A DNA stretch of 18,318 nt from Tubiluchus corallicola (GCA_030141605.1 JAQGDQ010001998.1:1-18318); one strand, 5' to 3'; counted from the first letter of the stretch, positions 1 through 10,244 are shown. A program made the numbers and translations. The notes: generated by a model from the letters alone, not told the origin.

Positions 1-340
1 TAAAAAATGGGAAAATAACCAGATATTTGAAGATGATGCTGCATGTTTCAAAGACGGCAAATTGAATTGAAATGATCAAGAAATTTCAAAAAATCTGAGC
101 GTTTTATAGTGTGGTCAAAATAGTACTAATTAGATTTTTTTGTTTGTAAGTGGTTAGTAATAATGCTAGGTAAACAGCAAGAATCAGCACGGCGAATGAA
201 ATTTCCAAAGCAAGCATTGAACATGGTCACGCATACTTTTACTGACCAACCTCGGTTTGTCTTTTTTAACTTCAGTCGCCACGCGCGAAACCACTCGGCT
301 ATTCACCCTGATTAGCTTCCATTATGTACACGTCACCATC

Positions 341-417
341 TTCCGGTTCCTCCTCATCTTGCTCCCTCTGCTCTCTTTCTCTCTCCCTGTCTTTCTTTCT
401 CCCGCTCTCTCCCCTTC

Positions 418-458
<41 letters not shown>

Positions 459-520
459 GCCTCTCTTTCTCTTCCTCCTCTCTCTCCTTTCCTAATTCGT
501 TAATTTTTCATTCTCTCTTC
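341..520. repeat. CT-rich pyrimidine tract with a pure (TC)n core at 424-454
   Basis: Read directly. It explains the Leu/Ser-rich ORF 257..523. Confidence 0.9.
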
Positions 521-1977
521 TAATAAAGCTACTGGATGAAACACATTTCATAATTAAAGTGCAACCAGAGGCATTTGTTTGAGACGATTGATGGATACTT
601 AGTGAACAAAGTGTTGCTCTGAATCTTAACATGCTTCAAGTTGTTGCTTAATCAGCTAAAACATTTTTATTGTAACTTGTGATTTATTTATCAACAAAAC
701 GAAAGCTGTTTTGAGTACCGTATGATGTTAGAAGTTAATACAGTGTATGTAACTTGTAGTTGCATCTGCATAATGTTTAAATACAAGGGTGTGCAAACCT
801 TCTTGTGGGAATTTAATAATTAATCAATATAATATTATACGTAATCATAGCTTATTTCCAATTCTGTTGTATGCAGTAGAAGTTAATTCATTATCGCTCG
901 AGCAAGAAAATATTTTAAAAGATTTTTAATTATAGACTTATTGACAGTGTCAAAATTTTAATGAATTACTGTGGTAGGCCTACTATAAAGTGGTATATTA
1001 AATTTTTCTAACTGATTGTAAAATAATTCTTTTAAAACAAAATTCAAAAACATGTGAGCATCGATAATGTCCTATTAATAAAGCGTATTTAAATTAACGA
1101 TAGTCATTGTCACTTATTACAATGGAAGTGTCCTCGTTTCCTCAAGACATATCAGTACAGAGTTCACAGTCTGATTAACATTATGGAATGCTTGAGTAAT
1201 CCATGAAGAGAAAGTTATTGATCCAGATTGTAGATATTTTGTTTTCTGCAGATTTGCGTTTGTGTGCGCGCAATATTTTTGACATGTGGAGGGGCGCATT
1301 CATTTTCTCTAAATCATGAATCCACTTTAGCAGGATCGTAAAGCAGTGGAGTCAAAAACGCATAGCAATTTTTGATTTGTGATACTGTTTTAGAAAAGCG
1401 TCACTCAGGTATAGTAATGACGAGTTAGACGAGTCTGAACTAAACAACGATGCGCCCCAGTGTGGAATGGATCCGCCCCAGACTTTCAACAGATCAGCAA
1501 CGTGTCTTACTTTGCTTAATTTTTCCTTGACGACTTGCCGCTTTTCCCCACATGTTATTCGTTTAGGAATGTCTAACCAATAGAGGTTTAAAGGATCAAG
1601 CAAAATCACGAGCACCTCTTCCCAAGATGAGTGCTGCGAGCATCTCCCGGAATTTTGGGAATCCGCCAAACATCCTGAATGGGCCAATACTGAATCCTTT
1701 TAATTTCCCCTCAGAATCTGTACAGGAATTCAAAACAAGGGCCATATTATGGAAAGCTGCCGTGGTTTGGTCGCCTGGCTGTTAGATTCCCTGTGAATTT
1801 CAGGGATAAATCCTGCTGACTTTTAATGAGTCAAGTTATTTCATTAGGGGCGTAATTTATTAAAGATTGGGGTCGGTAACCTGTTGTTTTCCTCAAAGTA
1901 ATTACGCTCGTTTTAGACAAGAATTTAGATCAAGTTTGCCATTTTTGTGCACAACTGCTGCTTTCATTTAGTTTCAT

Positions 1978-2548
1978 TTGCTAAACATGTGACTCGTGCA
2001 TTAGTACTGTCAATACTTCATCATTTCTATGGTTTCCACGGTGCAACACAAAACTATCACCAAGTTTCTGATCACTACATTGACATGGTGCAACACAAAA
2101 CTATCACCAAGTTTCTGATCACCACATTGACATGGTGCAACACAAAACTATCACCAAGTTTCTGATCACCACATTGACACGGTGCAACACAAAACTATCA
2201 CCAAGTTTCTGATCACCACATTGACAACATGCAACCAGTTTCGTCCTGTTTAGAACAATGTGGTGATCAGAAACTTGGTGATAGTTTTGTGCTGCACCGT
2301 GTCAATGTGGTGATCAGAAACTTGGTGAAAGTTTTGTGCTGCACCGTGTCAATGTGGTGATCAGAAACTTGGTGATAGTTTTGTGCTGCACCATGTCAAT
2401 GTGGTGATCAGAAACTTGGTGAAAGTTTTGTGCTGCACCATGTCAATGTGGTGATCAGAAATTTGGTGATAGTTTTCTGCTGCACCGTGGTAAACATAGA
2501 AATAATAAAGTACTGACAGTACTACTGCACGAGTCACGTGTTTAGCAA
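1978..2548. mobile_element. Foldback-like long inverted repeat with internal 47-bp tandem arrays (4 units left arm, 5 units right arm, ~32-bp spacer)
   Basis: TTGCTAAACATGTGACTCGTGCA... at 1978 is mirrored by ...TGCACGAGTCACGTGTTTAGCAA ending at 2548, with 7 differences over the outer 68 bp. Unit CA(T/C)GGTGCAACACAAAACTATCACCAAGTTTCTGATCACCACATTGA repeats at ~2037-2223 and inverted at 2256-2489. No TSD found, so the transposon identity is inferred; the inverted structure itself is certain. Confidence 0.7.
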
Positions 2549-3291
2549 GGCAATACGAAACCGACTGAGTACGCATCTGCAAACCGACAGAATTGATTTT
2601 AGTTTAACTGATAAAAAATATGGAAGCAATGTTAATAGGACCGATTTTTCTAGCTTAAATTATTGCACAATATCAATTGTTAGTGTGATATTCATCATAT
2701 TCTAATGTAAAAATTACGTGCAAAAAATGATTTATAGGCAATAAAAACTTGAAATACGTAAGAAAAGGACTTATAAAAGTCTAGTGAGATTGACTAATCA
2801 CCTAATCCACACAGCAGGCTCAGGTTTCACCGGGCGTTTGGCGAAATGGACGATAAAAAACAGAAAAAACACAAAGCAAAAATGAAAAATAGACAAAGTT
2901 TTAATCTTACAAATACAAGGGTCAATGCAATAAAACGTCTCAATGGTGAAATAGTTTAAATTCATAGAAAAACCTAGTTACATTACAAAACTTGATCGTA
3001 ACATTTCGTTTTTAAAACAAGTGAAGACAATTAAGCATTAACTCTATCTAATTTTTTGGTTAGTAACAATGGTATAAATTTTGAAATTTTTGTTTATGGA
3101 GATCGTGTTTATTGTGTCAAGTTACGTATTGTGGTGTAGCAGTAATGTATCGATGCAATATAACATTATTGCCAGCATCAGTTAATAAAACATGCAATTA
3201 TTTTGTAAAACTGGCGTATTTAATACATGGTCATAATAATTGTACATAAAAGTATTTCCACGCGTATAAAAATCGACATAAAGAATATTTT

Positions 3292-3971
3292 TACATACAA
3301 AACGTGCACGTAATAAGACCGATGCCCTCTCTTTGTTGCCGCGAGGTTTTTTTGTACTAACAATTTACGTTGTACTAACAATCTAGGTTAACATACATAA
3401 AAATTAGCTCGTAATAAGACCGATGCCACTCTTTGTTGTCGCTAGGTATTTTTGTACTAACAATCTAAGTTGTACTAACAATCTAGATTAACATACATAA
3501 AAATTTGCTCGTAATAAGACCGATGCCACTCTTTGTTGTCGCTAGGTATTTTTGTACTAACAATTTAAGTTGTACTAACAATCTAGATTAACATACATAA
3601 AAATTTGCGCGTAATAAGACCAATGCTCTCTCTTTCTTGTCACTAGGTGTTTTTGTATTAACAATTTACGTTGTACTAACAATCTAGATTAACATACATA
3701 AAAATTTGCGCGTAATAAGACCGATGCCCTCTCTTTCTTGTCACTAGGTGTTTTTGTACTAACAATTTACGTTGTACTAACAATCTAGGTTAACATACAT
3801 AAAAATTTGGACGTAATAAGACCGATGTCCTCTCTTTGTTGTCGCTAGGTATTTTTGTACTAACAATTTAAGTTGTACTAACAATCTAGGTTAACATACA
3901 TAAAAAAATAGCACGTAATAAGACCGATGCCCTCTCTTTGTCGTCGCTAGGTATTTTTGTACTAACAATCT
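3292..3971. repeat. Tandem repeat, 100-102 bp unit, ~6.6 copies
   Basis: GTAATAAGACC recurs at 3310, 3411, 3511, 3611, 3712, 3813 and 3915. Each unit has an internal duplicate of TTGTACTAACAAT. Confidence 0.95.
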
Positions 3972-4305
3972 GCTAACGTTGATAAGTAATTCGACGTCTC
4001 AGATAATTTGTCGCCGGTTGTTAAGTGAAGCCAGACAAGGAGGAACCTCCTGAGACCCGCATGCGACTGCTGCTTATTTGTTTGCATGGGGATTTGATTT
4101 ACTGTTTGCTGCCTAATGCTGTATATAAAGACTAATTACTACTGCGGCGGGCTGTATTAATTATATTGGTATTAACAAGTCATGCTTGGTTACTTGAATG
4201 CTTAGTAACATCGCGCTAGTGAGAAATTCGATAACATTGTACAATGAAAAATAAAATTGTAGAACATTTATTTCAAATATTTTTTATATCAATGCGGCGA
4301 ATCAA

Positions 4306-4795
4306 TAGCCACGTGGTTACAGAGTACGCTTAGTGACAGAAATAAGCAACACCAGGGTTGGCAGGTGAAAGGATAGGTGGCTGGTAGGTTTAGTACTAAG
4401 TAGCCAGTCACGTGGTTACAAAATACGCTTAGTGACAGAAATAAGCAACACCAGGGTTGGCAAGTGAATGGATAGGTGGCTGGTAGGTTTAGTACTAAGT
4501 AGCCAGTCACGTGGTTACAGAATACGCTTAGTGACAGAAATAAGCAACACCAGGGTTGGCAGGTGAATGGATAGGTGGCTGGTAGGTTTAGTACTAAGTA
4601 GCCAGTCACGTGGTTACAGAATACGCTTAGTGACAGAAATAAGCAACACCACGGTTGGCAGGTGAATGGATAGGTGGCTGGTAGGTTTAGTACTAAGTAG
4701 CCAGTCACGTGGTTACAGAATACGCTTAGTGACAGAAATAAGCAACACCACGGTTGGCAGGTGAATGGATAGGTGGCTGGCAGGTTTAGTACTAA
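4306..4795. repeat. Tandem repeat, 99-bp unit, ~4.9 copies
   Basis: CACGTGGTTACA occurs at 4310, 4409, 4508, 4607 and 4706. The array produces the 33-aa-periodic ORF 4289..4834(-). Confidence 0.95.
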
Positions 4796-5148
4796 TTTTG
4801 AGGGGTTTCCTCTGTTGAACGATGTAATACACATCCGACATGTGGCTAAGGCATCTGTGCCAATTTTCTATTTCAGCTTAGAGTCTGTAACTGTGCCCTG
4901 TTTTGTTTTTCAATGATTTCAACACGAAAAAATCTCGTTTACAAATAAACAACAATGCGTTGATATATATTAGCTATGTTGAAAATTTTAAGTCGTTTAC
5001 GTGTGACGTTCAGCGGCAAACGTGTTTGTTTTCCTCCGTGGGGTAAGTTGCCCCGCGAAGCCTAAAATTTGCGCCAGCTGCAGTATTGAAAGCAGCAGGA
5101 TAATGAGTTGCTTGCAGGCTTCATTGGAGTGTGCAAAACTCAGACGTT

Positions 5149-5704
5149 AGTTTAAACATAATTTATTTAGGATTGGATCAGACAGTTTGTACAACATGAT
5201 TTAGGATCCTCACCATAACAGACTTTATACACTATTTACAAGAACATTTACAGTAAGAATAGACTATACTTAGTTTTTAGTATACTAAAGTTTTACTACA
5301 GTGATACATTAGACATTAGTAGAAAATGACGGTTAGTAAACATTAATGTACGATTATTTAAGAATGATACATTTTATATCAGATAGAAACTACTGGAAGC
5401 GTTTAGTACGTAATTTAAAGTCATGTATACATTGGAATATTTTACAGCTAGTAACATAGTTATATTCATCTTTACCGAATAATAACAACTTCAACAGATC
5501 ATTATTTCCTAAGGCAGCTATATTAAGGTTTTCAGGCAGAAGTATTTCATTTAGTTTATCAAACATAACAACCCTAGTTTGTTGATACAATGGGCAGTGC
5601 AGCAAAAAGTGTTCAACAGACTCAAATCGAAATCCACAGTTACAATTCGGCAATATTGGATGACCGTTATTATCTTTACAGCCTTTAGAGAAAAGGTCAT
5701 AGGT
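5149..5704 (-). mobile_element. 5'-truncated CR1-type non-LTR retrotransposon, copy 1 (ORF2 C-terminus + 3' UTR), 9-bp TSD
   Basis: The minus frame from 5704 reads TYDLFSKGCKDNNGHPILPNCNCGFRFESVEHFLLHCPLY...LLFG...RTKRFQ*, with a C-x-C-x8-H-x4-C knuckle typical of invertebrate LINE ORF2 ends. The 3' end is AATAAATTATGTTTAAACTAA. TCAGACGTT flanks both sides (5140-5148 and 5705-5713). A near-identical copy lies at 16986-17732. Confidence 0.9.
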
Positions 5705-6174
5705 TCAGACGTTCTTCTGTCTATCTCTGAAAATTTTATTATTTCTCATTAGATGGCGCTGAACAGTGTGCCGCTTGTTAGTGCATTATTGCCGCTAGGC
5801 AGTTGTTTATTTACATGCTGGTCTTGTTTTTCAGCGCTAAAGTTTGTAAACATGTTTTGAAACGTTTGTTGTTGTTTTAGATTTGCGCCTTTCAGATATA
5901 ATAAACCAAGCAAGCGCTTGTATAATGGAAAAGGGATTTTAGTTCACGACTGTTCATAGTTGCACGTACAGCACACTGTATTTTATCATAATATTGGACT
6001 GAATTCGACTCAGGGGGTCGAACTCCAAGATGGCATGGCGGTCTTGATATTGCGCATCATGAAGATCCATTTTACTATCGTTGTATAACTGATTACTTAA
6101 CTACAAAAGTTAATTTTAATTTGAAATGTTATGCTATTTAACTAAGTAATGTCTGTAAACTAGTACCTTTTATC

Positions 6175-6519
6175 TGTTATAGCATGTCATCTAACTCTCA
6201 TAAAATAAAATACACAAAAACTACACTGTACGGAGTTTATTAACAGCACTAATAAAAATAAGGAACCAAAATACAAGTGCACAAAAAATAACTAACTCAG
6301 TAACAGCACTACACCCGAGGAGCACCTGTGTCAGAAATCAAGGCTGTAGTGACCTCTACACGCTTTTATACTGAGATTCCAGGTCAGCTGGCTTCTCACA
6401 CCACGTGTAGGCCCAAACAAGACGTCTGGACCTACAAGAAAGGGGTGAGTCGCTGCTGACGTGGAAGCAGGGCGTGTAGAAAGCCCTACACCTGACCCGA
6501 CACAGGTGCCTCCGTAACA
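6175..6519 (-). mobile_element. Probable solo LTR (Gypsy/BEL-like), 345 bp
   Basis: TGTTA...TAACA termini. On the minus strand TATAAAA (6364-6370) is followed by AATAAA (6236-6241) ~60 bp before the end, i.e. U3-R-U5 order. It is GC-richer than its flanks. The candidate TSD is poor (TTATC vs ATATT). Confidence 0.5.
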
Positions 6520-6918
6520 ATATTGTCATGTATTTAGTCAAAAATTTGTTCGACTAAATAACACAACTAACTGGAAAACTTTATTCAAACAATTCCTGCA
6601 TGAGTCTAAAAGCGGACTTTGTCTTTTTATGCAATACAAAATTTCTGTTCGCAAAAAGCTAATAGTAACGGTTTTTTGGATTTAAAACAGTAGTAGATTT
6701 TTTTACTAACGATCTATGCCTATTATATTGGATGATTTTCTTAAAAGATATGGATTCCACGCAACACGACAACTGGCATTTTTGAACATGAGAAATGTGC
6801 TGTTTTAGTTTAGGTGAATTTAGTAAAATCAGGCAGGCTGTGCTGCTTCTGTGCATGTTCTGGGAAGAACTGCAGATCATTGTGCAAAAAGCTATACAGA
6901 AGTAAAATAATCTGCAAT

Positions 6919-6920
6919 GA

Positions 6921-6960
<40 letters not shown>

Positions 6961-7243
6961 AGGAAGGAAGGAAGGAAGGAAAGACAGACAGACAGGAAGG
7001 AAGGAAGGAAGGAAGGAAAGAAAGAAAGATAGAAAGAATGATTGAATGAATGAATGAATGAATGAACGAACGAACGAACGAATGAATCTATCAGTCAATC
7101 AATAAATGGATGGATGGATGGATGGATGGATGGATGGATGGATGGATGGATGGATGGATGGATGGATGGACGGACGGACGGACGGACGGACGGACGGACG
7201 GACGGACGGACGGACGGACGGATGGACGGACGGATGGACGGAT
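6919..7243. repeat. Compound tetranucleotide microsatellite (GAAA/GGAA/GACA/TGAA/CGAA/TGGA/CGGA)n
   Basis: Read directly. It accounts for ORFs 6814..7032, 6892..7098 and 7091..7336. Confidence 0.97.
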
Positions 7244-7761
7244 ATATATATTGACGGATGAATAAAAGAGTGAGTAATTAGTGAATATAGAAATAAGTAA
7301 GTGAGAGAAGGAATTTTCGATGGAGGAAAGAAACAAAAAAAATATCAGCTACCGTGAATAAGATGAATAAAAATGAACAACACGAACTTTAACGTACAAT
7401 AAACTTGAGACTGTGCATAAAATTTACACAATCTTGCCTGTAATTTAGTTGCTCTGCTCTGCTGTTACACAAGTGCAATATGGCAGTTTGAACCACGGTA
7501 ATTTCGGTAGCAAATTGGCTTCTATCAGCTACGAAATTACCAATAAAACGGCTTCAGGTTTCAGCCGCATTCCGATACAAATGTCACGTGACAGCTTACA
7601 GCGCCAAACGCGAGCGCTAAATTAAATCGAAATTAATTTTAACTACATCGGGTGTTTTATTGGCCTGCTTGGTACTTTCAATAGAGTTTTTTAAGTTAAA
7701 GTATTTTAATAGACGTTGCTTAATTAGATTAATTCTTTTGTGGCAAATACTGATGATTATA

Positions 7762-8185
7762 AGATTAGATTCTAGATTTAATAGATTTATTTCACAATAA
7801 ACATATACATTACATGTGCATCGATACTCAAAATATAATACAAAAATATGATACAATTCATGAATACTGCGCTAGAGACCTAAGAAGCTAGCTTATGGCA
7901 GGCGACTAGAATTAGTTACGAAAAAAATTACAATATATACAGATACAATATTACAATATATACAAATATAAATACGGGTGGGAAGTAATAAAAATATTAT
8001 TATACTAGAGGGGAAGTTTTTGAAAATGAAAAACAACAAATCATGATTGAGTGATCAGTTACATGTTTCAAGTAAGTTTAATTTATATTTTTTTAAATAT
8101 GGACAGCGAGTTGGCATTTTTAATAGCTGGAGCAATTGAATTCCGTATGTAAGGGCCATTGTATTTTGTGGAAGTTTGCAGGGTC
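7762..8185 (-). mobile_element. Degenerate 3' fragment of a CR1-group (L2/Crack/Daphne-like) LINE
   Basis: The minus strand encodes TLQTSTKYNGPYIRNSIAPAIKNANSLSIFKK, then after a frameshift YKLNLLETCN*. This matches the Y.GP..WNSLP..IK...SL..FKK.LK C-terminal pattern. An AT-rich 3' UTR follows, with AATAAA at 7786-7791 and a short AATCT-like repeated tail. No TSD seen. Confidence 0.75.
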
Positions 8186-8285
8186 CAAGGTCTGTTATTG
8201 AACCTAGCACGCACTAACAGCTGTTAGTTGTCAGCTTACCAATGTTTTAATGACGAGAAAACACTCTTCATAAATAAAGCATCAC

Positions 8286-8717
8286 TTACTGCATACAGAG
8301 TTTGCGTCGTTAGCAGCAACCCTGTGTAAAACTTGTAAGTTTAAGCTTCCGCGATGACCGTTGGCGCCGCCATTTTGATGGTGCCGTTTTGTAACGTGTT
8401 TAGATAACATTGAGTAAAGTTTGAAAAAATGAACAGGGCATTAATAGCGCAAGGTTCACCAGCTATGCGAAAGTACAGATTAGTTAGTATTGTCAATAAT
8501 ATGATTTTTGTTGAGCCAGTGGTGCACACTGGGATAGTGAAACAGTGACGTTACACTGGGATAGTGAAACAGTGACGTTTGACCAGTTGGCACGAACATT
8601 TTAAATTATTAAGAATTTGAATTTCCTGTTACATAAACAGGTAAGCGTGCTGCTCAGTCATATAACTTTGTATGGAAAATTTTCTGGGGGAATACTGGAA
8701 AATTCCCCTTTCTTTCC
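8286..8717. repeat. Diverged dispersed repeat, copy 1 (direct homolog of ~14653-15049), with an internal 27-bp tandem duplication at 8526-8579
   Basis: Collinear shared blocks include TAAAACTTGTAA, GCGATGACCG, CCATTTTGATGGT, a 41/45 match (8398-8442 vs 14761-14805) and ACGAACA.TTTAAATT. Boundaries are approximate. Confidence 0.85.
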
Positions 8718-8793
8718 TATTAATTCCTCCATTTGGTTCCTTCTATTGTTTTATTTGTATTATGCGTAGAAGACATTAAGGCAAAAATGACAC

Positions 8794-8960
8794 GATGATG
8801 ACGATGATGATGATGATGATGATGATGATAAGTCTTTATTAGCCTCTTTTTGCAGGCAAAAATATCTGTACTAACATTATACAATTTTACATAGACACTA
8901 TACAGAGTGAATTCTACAATATTACGTTTACCGATTCTGTAATTAGCTTTTCTAATTTGT
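8794..8960 (-). mobile_element. (GAT)n microsatellite (8794-8829), probably the (CAT)n tail of a short retroposon 3' end
   Basis: On the minus strand AATAAA (8835-8840) lies 5 bp upstream of the (CAT)n run and follows a TGTA-rich UTR-like stretch. No recognisable ORF; the far boundary is a guess. Confidence 0.45.
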
Positions 8961-9445
8961 ACGTATAACATTTCTTACAGTGATATTAAACAAGAAGTAT
9001 TGAAGTGCGTGCTAAAATCAAGGTTATTAATGCAGCAAGTTTCCTGTGAAGTAACATAAAAATGCAGAAAAATTGATATACCAAATTATTAAATTCCAAT
9101 TCAATGTTTAAATCCACAAGAGTTACAATCAGTAATCTCAAGAACTACACAAATTTAATCCCTATTTTACTAGAAATTAACAGCAGGATCTTAAAATAAA
9201 AAGATCCTTTACAAAGTAGGTTAGTGCCGATATTAAATTTTCATTTTTAGTCGAATACACAAGATTTAAACTCTCATTTTCCTGTTCGTTTAGTAATACA
9301 TTTCACCTATATTCGCCTAGTGACACGAAAAAAGGAAAAAACAAAGCAAAGAGCAATAGACTGGGAAAATCAATAAAAATATCTGCATGTGACGAATTAA
9401 GCTTACGTGTGGCGCCATCTTAGGCATCTATATGCAAACTTACAT

Positions 9446-9956
9446 TCTTCTTCTTCTTCTTCTTCTTCTTCTTCCCAGCTTTTCCCTATGCGGGGTCGAC
9501 GTTGTGAATGAGTCTTCTCCACGCATTCCTGTTGTTGACCATCTCTTCATTTATGTCTTCCCTTCCCACATGATCTTCACCGACTCTTCTTTTCAGGTGT
9601 CCATACCATCGCAATCTTGCGAGGCTTCCACTACTTTTACTGTTCCTCTGATATTATTATTTCTAATTTTATCTCTTCTTCTTATTCCCACCATCCATCT
9701 CAACATCCTCATCTCCACCACACCCATTTTCTTCTCTTCGGTCTTCTTTAGAGAAGCTGCTTCCAGTCCATAGATTAGAGCGGGTCTGACCACTTCTTTG
9801 TGGACTTTACCTTTAAGTCTCACCAACTCATTCATAGAAGGTTTTGGCACAGTTTTTACAGGCGGATGCCCTTCCTGACCCTAACCCTCTCTATTTATCC
9901 GGGCTTGGGACCGGTACTGAGTTGGGCTGGCTTGCCCCCCCCCCAGTGGCTAGGTT
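9446..9956 (-). mobile_element. Non-autonomous, internally deleted (bipartite) RTE-clade retroelement with (AAG)n tail and 16-17 bp TSD
   Basis: TSD (T)ATATGCAAACTTACAT at 9429-9445 and 9956-9972; (CTT)n at 9446-9473. Minus-strand peptides VRLKGKVHKEVVRPALIYGLEA...EMRMLRWMVGIRRRDKIRNNNIRG and, after a frameshift, ARLRWYGHLKRR...RNAWRRLIHNVDPA* (stop 9486-9488) are the RTE C-terminus. The RTE 5'-UTR motif CAGGAAGGGCATCCG..TGTAAAAA is joined almost directly to it near 9824. Confidence 0.93.
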
Positions 9957-9957
9957 A
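9879..9957 (-). ncRNA. Twister self-cleaving ribozyme motif (P1-type) at the 5' end of the RTE element
   Basis: The minus strand reads U^AA CCUA GCC ACUGGG...CUCAGU A CCGG UCCCAAGC CCGG AUAAA UAGA GAGGG UUAGGG. The core CCGGUCCCAAGCCCGGAUAAA-N4-GAGGG matches the rice Osa-1-4 twister as I recall it. P2 (CCUA/UAGA, one mismatch), P3 (ACUGGG/CUCAGU) and P4 (CCGG/CCGG) can form. The 5' strand of P1 is replaced by target DNA. Confidence 0.8.
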
Positions 9958-10244
9958 TATGCAAACTTACATAAACCTTAGTAATCTACTTACAATAAAC
10001 TTGTTAGCTCGACCAAACTGTTGCATCATTACTGCATAATAGAAGATATTCTTATTATCGATTAAGTGCCTTTTCTGATGAATGAAGACGACGTTTTCCA
10101 GGTTTGTCTGTGTGTCTGTCCATAGATGAAATAATTAAGGCAAGTTGCTATAGTTTCTCGAAACAAAATGTAATTGAACAAAATGCATGTGTGGTTTCAA
10201 TTGCTGGACTGCAAGCTGTAACGTGACCGTGTTTATGAAAACAA

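Noticed and set aside
257-523. Low-complexity ORFs (also 6814-7336, 8720-8971, 9432-9773, 15469-15728) that resemble signal peptides or homopolymer proteins
   Set aside because: All are translations of microsatellites or the antisense strand of the RTE fragment.
3971-4236. Possible LTR (TG start, TATATAAA, ends TAACA)
   Set aside because: The terminal inverted match is weak, with no TSD and no canonical poly(A) signal.
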